Shown one piece after another: positions 26,386 through 35,542 of a stretch of 43,296 nt of DNA. Within the stretch, counting starts at the first letter, position 1; each line of letters opens with the position of its first letter. Position numbers and translations under genes: made by a program. The notes under the pieces were generated by a model. The model saw nothing but the letters and a program-made list of their open reading frames with translations. It was not told where the DNA came from and did not search any database. This DNA is from a virus: the IMG/VR virus record IMGVR_UViG_3300045988_135711, one strand, 5' to 3'.

Positions 26386-26527
26386 CAGCAATAGAATTAC
26401 CTAAAATTAATTCTTTATCTGAAGTTTCTCGTTGAGTTCTTTTAAGGGCTTCAGATACTTCAGAAAAAATTGCTTGCTTTTCTTCTTCAGTTAATGTTTT
26501 TAAGAAATCTTCGAATGATGGAAACAT
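26312..26527 (-). CDS. hypothetical protein (71 aa), counter-oriented in the early region
   Basis: Strong RBS aaaggaggtg 5 nt upstream of the ATG at 26527. Candidate promoter TTGTTG-17-TATAAT lies just upstream on the - strand. Confidence 0.6.
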   Translation of the reverse strand: MFPSFEDFLKTLTEEEKQAIFSEVSEALKRTQRETSDKELILGNSIAAISYSCSLSLIERYHHWLSQKLKP

Positions 26528-26599
26528 ATAAACACCTCCTTTCCTCAACACAATTATAGGCTTGAAAGAAGGTTACAACAATATGAAAGGAGAATGAAA

Positions 26600-26893
26600 A
26601 TGGATTTTGACGAACTAGTTTTTGAATCGTTACAACGGAATCCACAGAAGTTAATCAATTTATTAATGAACAGTGGGTTTAAGGTAGTGGCAATGAAAAC
26701 GGACTTAACTACTAAAGAAATGTGCGAACAAGCAAACATTAATTATAAGAGTTGGTTACAAAGTGATGTGCGTAATGATCCACGAATTGTAGCGATGAGA
26801 GACACAACTAGTGGGAGAAATCATCAGTACAAATCTAAGGATGTAGACCGAATAAAAGAAATTTGGAGAGAAAGTAAAAGGAGAAAACCATGA
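26600..26893 (+). CDS. hypothetical protein, possible HTH/excisionase-like
   Basis: RBS aaaggag 7 nt upstream of the ATG at 26600. The function call is weak. Confidence 0.6.
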   Translation: MDFDELVFESLQRNPQKLINLLMNSGFKVVAMKTDLTTKEMCEQANINYKSWLQSDVRNDPRIVAMRDTTSGRNHQYKSKDVDRIKEIWRESKRRKP

Positions 26894-27126
26894 GAACAGA
26901 ACGAAGATTAAAGAACACAGTACCATTTATGAAATTCCTCTCGTGGTATTTGAAAGGTCTAGGAATCGTAGGTGTTAGTATCGTTGCAATCTTAGCAACA
27001 GCATTAATGATTCTGTTATATGTAGGTGAAGTAAACCATCAACACACAAACAAAGTAGACCTAATGAGAAATGGTAAGTATGTAGAAGTTGATTTTCAAG
27101 ATACGTGGAAAGTGAAGGGAGAGTAA
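26890..27126 (+). CDS. small membrane protein
   Basis: TM segment GIVGVSIVAILATALMILLYV; RBS aaaggag. Confidence 0.7.
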   Translation: MRTERRLKNTVPFMKFLSWYLKGLGIVGVSIVAILATALMILLYVGEVNHQHTNKVDLMRNGKYVEVDFQDTWKVKGE

Positions 27127-27129
27127 ATA

Positions 27130-27354
27130 ATGTTTGGAGAAATTAAAGATATGGTGAAAGTTCTTATCCCTGTTTTGGACGTCTTATATAACAGTGATGC
27201 AAGTTTGGAAGACTGCTTAGGAGCGCTAGAAGCAATTACTGGAGCGATTAGGGATAATCAAAAAGATGTTAATACTAAAGAAATTTTCAAAACTTTGAAA
27301 GTACTTTTTGAAAACGAACTAGATAACTACGAAAATAACATATCAGAAATGTAG
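27130..27354 (+). CDS. hypothetical protein
   Basis: ORF with RBS gggagag. Confidence 0.65.
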   Translation: MFGEIKDMVKVLIPVLDVLYNSDASLEDCLGALEAITGAIRDNQKDVNTKEIFKTLKVLFENELDNYENNISEM

Positions 27355-27362
27355 GTAAGTAA

Positions 27363-27587
27363 ATGGAAGATATTTATTTAAACGATGACTTACTCAATTC
27401 GAAATTACAACACATTCTATACGGAAATAAAATTATCGGGGAAATCCGAACGAAGAATAATTCATACGAATTACACCTATATGAACCAAAACGCAAAATG
27501 ACAAGATATAAAACTTTTAAGGAGGTAGAAAAACAAATTAAATGCGTATCGAAATTATTAAAAGAACAGAATCAAGAGTTATTTTAG
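27363..27587 (+). CDS. hypothetical protein
   Basis: ORF with a weak RBS. Confidence 0.6.
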   Translation: MEDIYLNDDLLNSKLQHILYGNKIIGEIRTKNNSYELHLYEPKRKMTRYKTFKEVEKQIKCVSKLLKEQNQELF

Positions 27588-27757
27588 ATATCAAATCTGA
27601 TCATGTAAATCCACTCGTATTCGAAAAGTATATGAAATATGGAAAATCTGTAGAAGACGTTGCAGTAGAGATAGTACAGAATATTCCTAATGTAAGTTCA
27701 TTTCACATTCAACCTAAAGAGAAAGAAAAGGTCATGAGATATGTTTTGCTTGATTGA
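27542..27757 (+). CDS. hypothetical protein
   Basis: ORF overlapping the previous gene by 46 nt; aaggagg lies 13 nt upstream. Confidence 0.5.
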   Translation: MRIEIIKRTESRVILDIKSDHVNPLVFEKYMKYGKSVEDVAVEIVQNIPNVSSFHIQPKEKEKVMRYVLLD

Positions 27758-27941
27758 AAATATATTCAAAAACAATGAGTTTGATTTAATTTTACGTTCT
27801 AAAAATGTGGGTGTAATTAAATTTGATGGAAATAAATATTATTTAAACGTGGAATTTTCAAGTACACATTTGAACGGAAAGAGTGTTCACAAAACTTTAA
27901 AAGATGCTTTTGAAACAGCTTTAGAACTTTTATTTCCATGA
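27741..27941 (+). CDS. hypothetical protein
   Basis: ORF with a weak RBS. Confidence 0.55.
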   Translation: MFCLIENIFKNNEFDLILRSKNVGVIKFDGNKYYLNVEFSSTHLNGKSVHKTLKDAFETALELLFP

Positions 27942-27970
27942 ACATCTAAATAAGAAAGGGGGATAAATAG

Positions 27971-28789
27971 TTGAATTTGTTAAAACAAATTTTAACTTTC
28001 AATCAACTACAAATGACTAACCCGCTTTCTGCAGGTCAATTCGTCTTGTGGCATGCATTGTTAAACGTTTGTAATGATTGTGGCAAAAAAGAATGGTTTA
28101 CGGTTGCTAATTTAAGATTAGAGCTGTTTACTGGTTTGTCACGTCAAGGAGTAGACAAAGCGAGGAACACGTTAAAAGAATTGGGGTTTATTGAATATAA
28201 GCCTAACGGAACAAAAGCTACTTCGTACAAAATAAATATCTTGTACAAAGATGAATTCCAAGCTAGTAGTCAAGCTAGTAGTCAAGCTAGTAGTCAAGCT
28301 AGTAGTCAAGTTGGTAGTCAAGTTGGTAGTCAAGAAGTTGACAAATCGGTGGCGGAACAGTGGTCAAGTAGTTTACAAAACAGTGGAACATTATATAAAG
28401 AAAAGAAAAGTAAAGAAAAGAAAAGTAATAATAATATATTGTCCAAAGAATTAGAAAATCAATTTGAAGAACTTTGGAAAACTTACCCAAGGAAAGAAAA
28501 GAAAAATATAGCACTAAAAGCTTATAAAAAAGCTTTAGAGAAAGGTGTAACGCATTCAACAATAGAAAAAGGTCTATTGTCATATATTGATTATATTAAG
28601 AAAAATGGAACAGAACACAAATTTATTAAACAAGGAGGAACTTGGTTTACTCAAGAAGGTTGGAACGATGAGTACGAATTAAATTATAAAACCAGTAGTT
28701 CATACTCTAATTACAAAAATAGTTATACAGAACCGATACCTGAATGGTTATTCGAGAAAAAGGATACAGAAAGAAAAGTAGGTGTTTGA
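27971..28789 (+). CDS. replisome organizer / DnaD-like replication initiation protein
   Basis: N-terminal winged-helix-like region; a low-complexity QASS/QVGS linker; C-terminal W..YP.K..K..A...Y motif. TTG start with GGGGG RBS. Confidence 0.7.
   Translation: MNLLKQILTFNQLQMTNPLSAGQFVLWHALLNVCNDCGKKEWFTVANLRLELFTGLSRQGVDKARNTLKELGFIEYKPNGTKATSYKINILYKDEFQASSQASSQASSQASSQVGSQVGSQEVDKSVAEQWSSSLQNSGTLYKEKKSKEKKSNNNILSKELENQFEELWKTYPRKEKKNIALKAYKKALEKGVTHSTIEKGLLSYIDYIKKNGTEHKFIKQGGTWFTQEGWNDEYELNYKTSSSYSNYKNSYTEPIPEWLFEKKDTERKVGV
28259..28330. repeat. 6 x 12-bp tandem repeat (4 x caagctagtagt, 2 x caagttggtagt) inside the replication gene; candidate origin iterons
   Basis: Read directly from the sequence; a 2 x 15-bp repeat follows at about 28397-28426. 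Confidence 0.85.
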
Positions 28790-28968
28790 TGAATAGAGAA
28801 TTAATCGCATACCAAAGCAATCCTGAAAAATATATAGGGATCATCAAAAGTATTTCAGAGTTAAAAACAACAAGAGATAAAGAAAATTTTTTGAATCAAA
28901 AAAGGAAACTTTTAATGGATGGTATTAAGAATAATTCTAAGAAAGGAGAAGTAAATGAATTTTGTTGA
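28789..28968 (+). CDS. hypothetical protein (59 aa)
   Basis: ATGA overlap with the replication gene stop. Confidence 0.55.
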   Translation: MNRELIAYQSNPEKYIGIIKSISELKTTRDKENFLNQKRKLLMDGIKNNSKKGEVNEFC

Positions 28969-29497
28969 ACCAATCAGAGATAAAGACGATATACAATCCA
29001 TGAAAGATTACCTAAGAGCATGGAACGAAAGAAATTACATGATGTTTCTTTTAGGTATCAACTCTGGATTGCGAATTAGCGATATCATCAATTTACGAGT
29101 GAAAGATGTACAAGGTGGCTACATTAAAACTAGGGAATTGAAGACAGGTAAACAATTAAAAAGAAAAATGCCACCTATTTTAAAAAAAGAGTTGCAGGCG
29201 TATATAAAAGACAAACCGCTTCATCACTATTTATTCCAAAGTAGAAATGGAAAAAACAAACATATAAGTCGATGTACAGCTTATTTAATTTTAAAAATTG
29301 CTGCAGAGGAATGTGGAATCGATAATGTAGGTACTCACACGATGCGTAAAACATTCGGGTATCACCAATACAAGAAAAATAAAGATGTTGCTACTTTAAT
29401 GGAATTATTTAACCATTCAAGCCCAGCAATTACTTTAAAATACATCGGAATACGTCAAGACCAACAAGATAAAGCTATGTCGAATTTTGGTTTATAA
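28955..29497 (+). CDS. small tyrosine recombinase, catalytic domain only (180 aa)
   Basis: GLRISD (Arg), THTMRKTF (His-x-x-Arg), HSSPAITLKYIG (His...Tyr); RBS aaaggag. Confidence 0.8.
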   Translation: MNFVEPIRDKDDIQSMKDYLRAWNERNYMMFLLGINSGLRISDIINLRVKDVQGGYIKTRELKTGKQLKRKMPPILKKELQAYIKDKPLHHYLFQSRNGKNKHISRCTAYLILKIAAEECGIDNVGTHTMRKTFGYHQYKKNKDVATLMELFNHSSPAITLKYIGIRQDQQDKAMSNFGL

Positions 29498-29728
29498 ATA
29501 ACAATTTAACATATTGAAAAAAATGTTAGTTTATTTTTTGAGTTATTTACAAAAGTTGAAATAATGGCAAAAAAAAAGAATTAGCGAGTTTAACAGTTTA
29601 TAAGATATGTTTAGTTCACAAAGGGCAAATACAGAAGAAGTATTTAAGAAATCAATAAATAAAAAAGCTAAAACGAAGAGGCAACAAAATAATTATTAAA
29701 GGACAAAAAGAAAGGGGATAAATAAACG

Positions 29729-30253
29729 ATGATTAACAACGTAGTATTAGTAGGACGATTAACACGGGCAGTAGATTTGCGATACACATCAAATGGAGTT
29801 GCTTTCGCAGGATTTACAGTAGCAATTGATCGCACGTTTAAAAAAGAAAATGGTGAAAAGGAAACGGACTTTATCAACTGCGTAATGTGGCGTAAGGCTG
29901 CAGAAAACTTTGCTAAGTTTACACGCAAGGGTTCATTAGTGGGAATCGAAGGTAAAATACAAACACGAAATTATGAAGATCAACAAGGGCAAAAAGTATA
30001 CGTTACGGAAGTACTGGCAGAGAACTTCTCATTATTAGAATCACGTAATACGACAGAACAACGTCCGACAAACGAAAGTGGATTTACTACTGGTTTTGGA
30101 CAAATAAATAACACAGCACCAACATTTGATAACGCAGGAGATTACAGAAGCTTCAACACAAATTCTAATGGTATGTTTGGTGATTTTGAAAGCAATACAG
30201 GGTTTCAAAGCAATCAAACGGTAAATATTTCGGAAGACGACTTACCATTTTAG
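29729..30253 (+). CDS. ssb: single-stranded DNA-binding protein
   Basis: MINNVVLVGRLTR...FINCVMWRKAAENF OB fold; acidic tail DDLPF. Confidence 0.95.
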   Translation: MINNVVLVGRLTRAVDLRYTSNGVAFAGFTVAIDRTFKKENGEKETDFINCVMWRKAAENFAKFTRKGSLVGIEGKIQTRNYEDQQGQKVYVTEVLAENFSLLESRNTTEQRPTNESGFTTGFGQINNTAPTFDNAGDYRSFNTNSNGMFGDFESNTGFQSNQTVNISEDDLPF

Positions 30254-30388
30254 TCAAAATAATTAAACGTTCATAAACAATCCTAGAATCAATTTTAGCT
30301 ACCAGACATATAAATAGCTATCTACAAACTAAAAATTGCGTACAGGGCAAATATGAGCGAATGAGAACAATATAGGAGAGGTATAAAA

Positions 30389-30619
30389 GTGGGAGTAAAG
30401 ATTAAAGAAAATAACGGTTTGAAATTAGCATGGGTAGAAAAGAAATGGTGCGCAGTGTTCAAAGAAAGTCCACTTAACTATTTCGTGATTTATAACGGTG
30501 AAAGACGATTACTGAATAAGAAAATGGGAGAATTAGTCAGCAATCAACCAGAGAACGCACATAACAAACGCTGGATTTGTACACCAAAATGTAAGACCAC
30601 ACATAAGGGAGGGTGTTAA
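30389..30619 (+). CDS. hypothetical protein
   Basis: GTG start with RBS aggagagg. Confidence 0.6.
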   Translation: MGVKIKENNGLKLAWVEKKWCAVFKESPLNYFVIYNGERRLLNKKMGELVSNQPENAHNKRWICTPKCKTTHKGGC

Positions 30620-30687
30620 TGCTAAAAATAATCGCAATAGCATTACTAATTGTGTTCTATTTTTTAAGTGAAATGGGGAGGGATTGA
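30619..30687 (+). CDS. possible 22-aa hydrophobic peptide
   Basis: ATG overlaps the upstream stop, and the ORF ends 1 nt before the next ATG. MLKIIAIALLIVFYFLSEMGRD. Confidence 0.3.
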   Translation: MLKIIAIALLIVFYFLSEMGRD

Positions 30688-31068
30688 ATGTTTTTAGACC
30701 CGATGGAAGTACAAAAACGCTATCGGCATATTGGAATGTTGGTGGCGGAAAGTCACGAAAAAAGAACAGGCAGAAGTTTGTTAGAAGATAAGGAATTAGA
30801 AACTTTTTGTAACTACTTTGCGGAAGATATATGCGACAGAAATGTTGGGTTAAAGAGAACTGTTGCTGGAGTGTGTGAAGATTTCAGAATGAATCTTGAA
30901 ATTTCTTCAAAGGATAAGTTGATTGATGAAATCGACCCTAAGTTTATTAAAGAATTTGCTGACCAGTTAGCGATGAATCTTTTATACGGATATCCAGTAA
31001 GGTTTAACTTTTCAAAATGGATGGAGGGATTGAATGACATTCGTAAAATTAACAAGCACGAACGGTAA
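30688..31068 (+). CDS. hypothetical protein
   Basis: ORF with RBS ggggaggg. Confidence 0.7.
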   Translation: MFLDPMEVQKRYRHIGMLVAESHEKRTGRSLLEDKELETFCNYFAEDICDRNVGLKRTVAGVCEDFRMNLEISSKDKLIDEIDPKFIKEFADQLAMNLLYGYPVRFNFSKWMEGLNDIRKINKHER

Positions 31069-31273
31069 ACCATTGCTTTTGAAATATGAATTGATTGAAT
31101 CGGTGAGAACGTACGTAGTTGGACGACTTTATTCGTTGAACAATGTGGTCGAAGAAGAAGAATACGGAACAGGAATCTTACTAACTAACGGTCATGAATA
31201 CACAGTAGAAGAAACGGTAGAAGAAGTTGAAAAAATATTAGGAGGGAAAGTGAATGAAAAAAATAACGATTGA
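31034..31273 (+). CDS. hypothetical protein
   Basis: ORF with RBS ggaggg. Confidence 0.65.
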   Translation: MTFVKLTSTNGKPLLLKYELIESVRTYVVGRLYSLNNVVEEEEYGTGILLTNGHEYTVEETVEEVEKILGGKVNEKNND

Positions 31274-31484
31274 ATATAATTCAAAAACTTGGGAAATTAA
31301 AGATTTAGATAAAGTGGATTCGTATTCTGAAATCCAGCAGTTAACTTTTGCGTTAAGAGATTTGGAAGAAACTTTAATCAGAAGGAATTTTCCGTTTTTT
31401 ATACCAATGGATAAAGACCTCATGATAAGAATTAACAGAGAAGATTTATTAAACAGTATTAAATCGTTAGGAGAAAACAAATGA
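31254..31484 (+). CDS. hypothetical protein
   Basis: ORF with RBS aggaggg. Confidence 0.65.
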   Translation: MKKITIEYNSKTWEIKDLDKVDSYSEIQQLTFALRDLEETLIRRNFPFFIPMDKDLMIRINREDLLNSIKSLGENK

Positions 31485-31783
31485 CTTTTAAAGAACTAAA
31501 ACCACTAATCGAACAATGGTTTATTGATCGTGACTTACACACAAAGGAAAGTGGTAGACAACTAATCAAACTAGAAGAAGAAATGCTGGAGTTAAAGCAA
31601 GCATACAAACATAAGAATCGTGCAGAAGTTATCGATGCAATCGGGGACATCACTGTGGTATTGATTGGGTTCTGCTTGCAGCAAGGATTAGATTATGAAG
31701 CGTGTATCGAATCAGCGTATCACGAAATTAAAAATAGAAAAGGTAAAGTCGTGAACGGTATTTTTGTGAAGGAGGAAAAGTAG
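31481..31783 (+). CDS. MazG-like nucleotide pyrophosphohydrolase
   Basis: LEEEMLELKQA...EVIDAIGDITVVLIGF (EExxE...D motifs); about 100 aa. Confidence 0.75.
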   Translation: MTFKELKPLIEQWFIDRDLHTKESGRQLIKLEEEMLELKQAYKHKNRAEVIDAIGDITVVLIGFCLQQGLDYEACIESAYHEIKNRKGKVVNGIFVKEEK

Positions 31784-31975
31784 ATGAAAATTATTGAATT
31801 AACAGAATTATTTAACAGAAAAATTTACATGAATATTGATAACATTTCAGTTATTGAAAAATACGAAAATGCAGGAGGTCATTCGTTAATCAGAATGGAT
31901 AGAACAGAATTTCATGTCAAAGAAACACCCGAAGAAATCGTAGCGATGATTCATGAAGCGGAGGGGAATAAATGA
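31784..31975 (+). CDS. hypothetical protein
   Basis: ORF with RBS aaggagg. Confidence 0.65.
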   Translation: MKIIELTELFNRKIYMNIDNISVIEKYENAGGHSLIRMDRTEFHVKETPEEIVAMIHEAEGNK

Positions 31976-32388
31976 TTTTTTTAAGAGAGATTAAAACAGA
32001 ACCACTATTTATGAGTAGTGAAAATATCGAAAATTACGAAATGCACGAATCTGGTTTCGGTACTGTGGTAATTGATAAAAACGGATTCGTACATCACGTA
32101 ATGGAAAATTTAGAAGAAGTAGAAGAAATACTTGCTAAAGGTAGCAACGTGACAGTTGATTATGAAATTGGAATTGGCAACCGAGTATCACCAGAAATTT
32201 TATCCATTGCAAAACCTAACAACGTACCTTCAAAGGTAAGACCAATCGTGATTTTTCCTACTGTGGAAGCTGAAGCAGTAACGGTTAAAGTAATAGAATA
32301 TGATAGTTACGGGTGCGAAAAGCAGGTTTATACAACAGTTGACTCTAACCAATCCCACGTCATCAATCTAAATACGGGAGTGGAGTAG
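31972..32388 (+). CDS. hypothetical protein
   Basis: ORF with RBS ggagggg. Confidence 0.65.
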   Translation: MIFLREIKTEPLFMSSENIENYEMHESGFGTVVIDKNGFVHHVMENLEEVEEILAKGSNVTVDYEIGIGNRVSPEILSIAKPNNVPSKVRPIVIFPTVEAEAVTVKVIEYDSYGCEKQVYTTVDSNQSHVINLNTGVE

Positions 32389-32694
32389 ATGGATAAATTC
32401 GTATATGAATCCACATGCTATTTCAAAATCATTCCTTTTGACGATGCACTGTGGAAGTTAGCGTTTAAAGAATTAAGATATGAGTTACAAATTAAACAGA
32501 TTAATTTTGTACCAACCGCTACTCGCCTTGCGAATTTCGATACCTATTACGATGTGTATGTAGATTGGGCTTTGATTGATGAGCACGGAATAGAAAAAGT
32601 AACGGAAATGGTAAAAGAAAAACTTGATGAAAAAATGCGAAAAGAATTTGAATCTATGTTTAAATACTCAATCTGTGAAATGGAGCGACTATGA
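32389..32694 (+). CDS. hypothetical protein
   Basis: ORF with RBS gggagtggag. Confidence 0.65.
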   Translation: MDKFVYESTCYFKIIPFDDALWKLAFKELRYELQIKQINFVPTATRLANFDTYYDVYVDWALIDEHGIEKVTEMVKEKLDEKMRKEFESMFKYSICEMERL

Positions 32695-33473
32695 ACTACA
32701 CCCATTGTGAAAGATTTAAAGATTACGTGAAATATCAATCTGACGATTCCACGATGTATGAATTTGATAATGGTTACGGTGCTATCGTGGAATATAACAA
32801 ATCAGTAGACAATCTGTGGATAACGATAATCAAAGATATTGATGGTCACGGTTTTAATTACGCTTATCCCGATTTTGCACACGGATTTTGTAGGATTACA
32901 GGAGTGAAAGTGTATCATTTAATTTTATGGTTACAACAAATTAACGAAATAAAAGGAGGACACAAAATGACAAATCTAGACACACTAAAACAACAAACAG
33001 CAGATTTAGAAGCAAAGCTAAAAGAGATGAAAGCAGAAATCGACCGATTGGAAAACGGGTGGGAAATGAAATGCCCGTATGATGTTGATGACGAAGTATA
33101 CGTTTTAGATTTAGAAGGGTTTGCATGCGATGATAGTTGGCGATGTAAGGGGTGGGAATTAAATGCTTTTAACCAAGGTAACATCTTTATAAGCAGAAAA
33201 GCAGCAGAACTTGAAGCAAAACGCAGAAACCTACTCACACGATTCAGAGCGTTCAGAGATGAGTGTAATGGTGAGTGGAAGCCTAATTGGAGAACAAATG
33301 ACGCAAAGTATTATTTTTATATTTCAAGTACAGACAATGAAATAGGAATTAACGATATTTATTTTTATGAAACATTCCCGCTTTTCGGCTATTTCAAAAA
33401 CGAAGAAGACGCCCAACGTGCTATCGAATTATTCGGTGACGAAATCAAAGAATTGTTTGTGGATGGTGAGTAG
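32691..33473 (+). CDS. hypothetical protein; its C-terminal half is a paralog of 37911..38354
   Basis: Shared FRDECNGEWKPNW...FGYFKNEEDAQRAIELFGDEIKELFV. Confidence 0.75.
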   Translation: MNYTHCERFKDYVKYQSDDSTMYEFDNGYGAIVEYNKSVDNLWITIIKDIDGHGFNYAYPDFAHGFCRITGVKVYHLILWLQQINEIKGGHKMTNLDTLKQQTADLEAKLKEMKAEIDRLENGWEMKCPYDVDDEVYVLDLEGFACDDSWRCKGWELNAFNQGNIFISRKAAELEAKRRNLLTRFRAFRDECNGEWKPNWRTNDAKYYFYISSTDNEIGINDIYFYETFPLFGYFKNEEDAQRAIELFGDEIKELFVDGE

Positions 33474-33974
33474 ATGGAAAAAATCAAAAGAGAAGAATTT
33501 AAAGATGTGATTCGTAAAGCTACGGAACGTGCATTAAACAATCTGTGGCATTCAGAATATGTCAATATCGCAGAAGGTTACAAAGAATATCTTGATAATT
33601 TAAAGATTGAAGTAACATTTATTGATTACGAAAAAATCGAAGAAGAAGCGATTAAGATTTTCCAAAGCCACATGTACGACAATTACAACACAGGTCAACT
33701 GCATAATGGTAGTAAAAAAGAACAATTAGACTGCTTACGAAAAGCGGTACTGTATTTTAGGGATGAATGCAACAAAGAAAGAAGACGTGGATTGCATGGT
33801 AAGGTTTACTATTTTTCCAAAGAAGATAACGAGTTAGTTATCCATTCGGAACAATCACCGACACAATTCACACGATACGGGTATTTTAAAAACTATGATG
33901 ATTGTGTGGAATGCTTACGAGTTTTCGGAAAGTATATTTTGGGATTAGAACAAATGTATTGGGAGAAAGATTAA
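33474..33974 (+). CDS. hypothetical protein; C-terminus is distantly related to the same paralog family
   Basis: YFRDECNKE...YGYFKNYDDCVECLRVFG. Confidence 0.7.
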   Translation: MEKIKREEFKDVIRKATERALNNLWHSEYVNIAEGYKEYLDNLKIEVTFIDYEKIEEEAIKIFQSHMYDNYNTGQLHNGSKKEQLDCLRKAVLYFRDECNKERRRGLHGKVYYFSKEDNELVIHSEQSPTQFTRYGYFKNYDDCVECLRVFGKYILGLEQMYWEKD

Positions 33975-34157
33975 ATGAGTTTAACACAAAGTAAAAAAAT
34001 CAAAGACCACACACTATTTCGTAGAGAGGGCGGTTTTTTAAAAATTTCAGAAAAAGGAGTCGAAATTTTAAACGAAAAAGGAGATACGTATGCGTATATC
34101 GTTAGTGAAAACAAAATCGAAGCACTAAAAAAAGAAATGGAGAAAACACATGCCTAA
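33975..34157 (+). CDS. hypothetical protein
   Basis: ORF with RBS gggagaaag. Confidence 0.6.
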   Translation: MSLTQSKKIKDHTLFRREGGFLKISEKGVEILNEKGDTYAYIVSENKIEALKKEMEKTHA

Positions 34158-34437
34158 CACAGACTTACACGACCCACTAACCAAAGCACGATTAGAACAT
34201 GAAGCGGTTAAGCACCCACAGCATTATCAAGGTGTTTGTGGACTTGAAGCAATCGATGTTATGCGAAACTTTCTACCGAAATATCAAAATTCGCATGTAA
34301 GTTACTTAATCGGTAACGTGATTAAATACGTGTTACGTGCGCCCAGCAAAGGTAAGGAAATGGAAGACCTCATGAAAGCACAAACGTATCTAGGACTTGC
34401 GATTAAAGAGTTGAAGTGGGAGGAAGAAGGAAAGTGA
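34150..34437 (+). CDS. DUF3310-like phage protein
   Basis: HPQHYQ...EAIDVM...GNVIKYVLRAPSKGKEMEDLMKAQTYL. Confidence 0.7.
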   Translation: MPNTDLHDPLTKARLEHEAVKHPQHYQGVCGLEAIDVMRNFLPKYQNSHVSYLIGNVIKYVLRAPSKGKEMEDLMKAQTYLGLAIKELKWEEEGK

Positions 34438-34598
34438 TACTGAAAATTTTAACGTTGGTTGTCTTTTCCTTTATATTTTTGTTTATCTTTGACTGGATTA
34501 TATCTGATAGCTTTAGAAATTTCATCTTTACGTTGTTAGGAGTAATTGTGATTATAGTTCTTTGCATTTTAGAACTATTCGGAGTGATAGCTTTTTAA
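34434..34598 (+). CDS. small two-TM membrane protein
   Basis: GTG at 34434 with ggaggaagaagg upstream, overlapping the previous stop. Confidence 0.55.
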   Translation: MILKILTLVVFSFIFLFIFDWIISDSFRNFIFTLLGVIVIIVLCILELFGVIAF

Positions 34599-34610
34599 AG
34601 GAGGGAGAAA

Positions 34611-34943
34611 ATGGAACTATTATCAGCAACATATTGCCCGTATTGCGAAAGCAGGCTAGACATAGAAAGCATGCTCACATTGGAAAAATTAAAAGAAATG
34701 GAATTCTATCTTACCTGTCCAAAGTGTAATAAAGCGTTCTCGAATTTTGCGAAAACAGAAATAAGAATACGCGTAAGCAGTATTGAAGATAGAATTGAGA
34801 AAGAAAAAGATTCTTTATTATTTTGGGAGAAATCTAAGATAAAAGGCGATGAATTTAAAAGTGCTGTAATTAAATCACGAAAACAAACTATTCAAGAATT
34901 AGAATTGATTAAGAGAAGAAACGATAAGGTGGTTAGGAAATGA
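34611..34943 (+). CDS. zinc-ribbon protein
   Basis: CPYC...CPKC; RBS aaggaggg. Confidence 0.7.
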   Translation: MELLSATYCPYCESRLDIESMLTLEKLKEMEFYLTCPKCNKAFSNFAKTEIRIRVSSIEDRIEKEKDSLLFWEKSKIKGDEFKSAVIKSRKQTIQELELIKRRNDKVVRK

Positions 34944-35302
34944 AAACAATCAATGAAATAACAGATGATGAATTGTTGTTTAATGAACAAACCGATTCCC
35001 AAATATATGCATGCGATTTAAAACATGAATGGAATTCGTTAAATGAGGATGAGAGAAGCGGATGGCGAACACTTAAAGAAAGAACAATCAAATTATATGC
35101 TAAATCTGTATTAGATTGGATATATGATGGGATGGATTCAGAAGGCTACGAAGATATGTTTGACAATTTATGGGACGACACGGACGAAGAATTTAAACAA
35201 CGAATGCAAGAGCTACTTGATGAAATTTCTGGCTTTCCAAGTGCTAAAGTTTATGACATTGATGAGTCTATCAATCCATTCGTGGATTTGGAGGATGAGT
35301 GA
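34940..35302 (+). CDS. hypothetical acidic protein, paralog of 35543..35911
   Basis: Shared EEFKQRMQELLDEI...INPFVDLEDE tail. Confidence 0.7.
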   Translation: MKTINEITDDELLFNEQTDSQIYACDLKHEWNSLNEDERSGWRTLKERTIKLYAKSVLDWIYDGMDSEGYEDMFDNLWDDTDEEFKQRMQELLDEISGFPSAKVYDIDESINPFVDLEDE

Positions 35303-35304
35303 GG

Positions 35305-35517
35305 ATGGAAGAAAAAGCAGAACTACTAATATATATATTTGGATTAGCGTTAAGTTTAACTGTGTTATTAGTAATTATTAAATTAGCTGGAGTTCTAATC
35401 AATTGGTTTGTAGCCACACTGCCATTACTGATATACGCAGCAATTATGTCAATTCTAATATTAATTGGTTCAATCGCAGGGATTGTGATGTCAATCCAGG
35501 AGAACATGAGAGGATAA
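35305..35517 (+). CDS. small two-TM membrane protein
   Basis: The ATG at 35305 lies 9 nt after ggagga; the sequence is hydrophobic. Confidence 0.6.
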   Translation: MEEKAELLIYIFGLALSLTVLLVIIKLAGVLINWFVATLPLLIYAAIMSILILIGSIAGIVMSIQENMRG

Positions 35518-35542
35518 CAACAAAACATAAGGGGAACAAAAA

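Noticed and set aside
28259-28330. Regular 12-bp repeats considered as a CRISPR-like array
   Set aside because: The units are contiguous with no spacers. They lie in frame inside a coding sequence and encode a QASS/QVGS linker.
29621-30360. 10-mer AGGGCAAATA on both sides of ssb (about 29624 and 30345) considered as a regulatory pair
   Set aside because: It is a single short repeat with no dyad symmetry and no promoter context I could establish, so it is within chance expectation.
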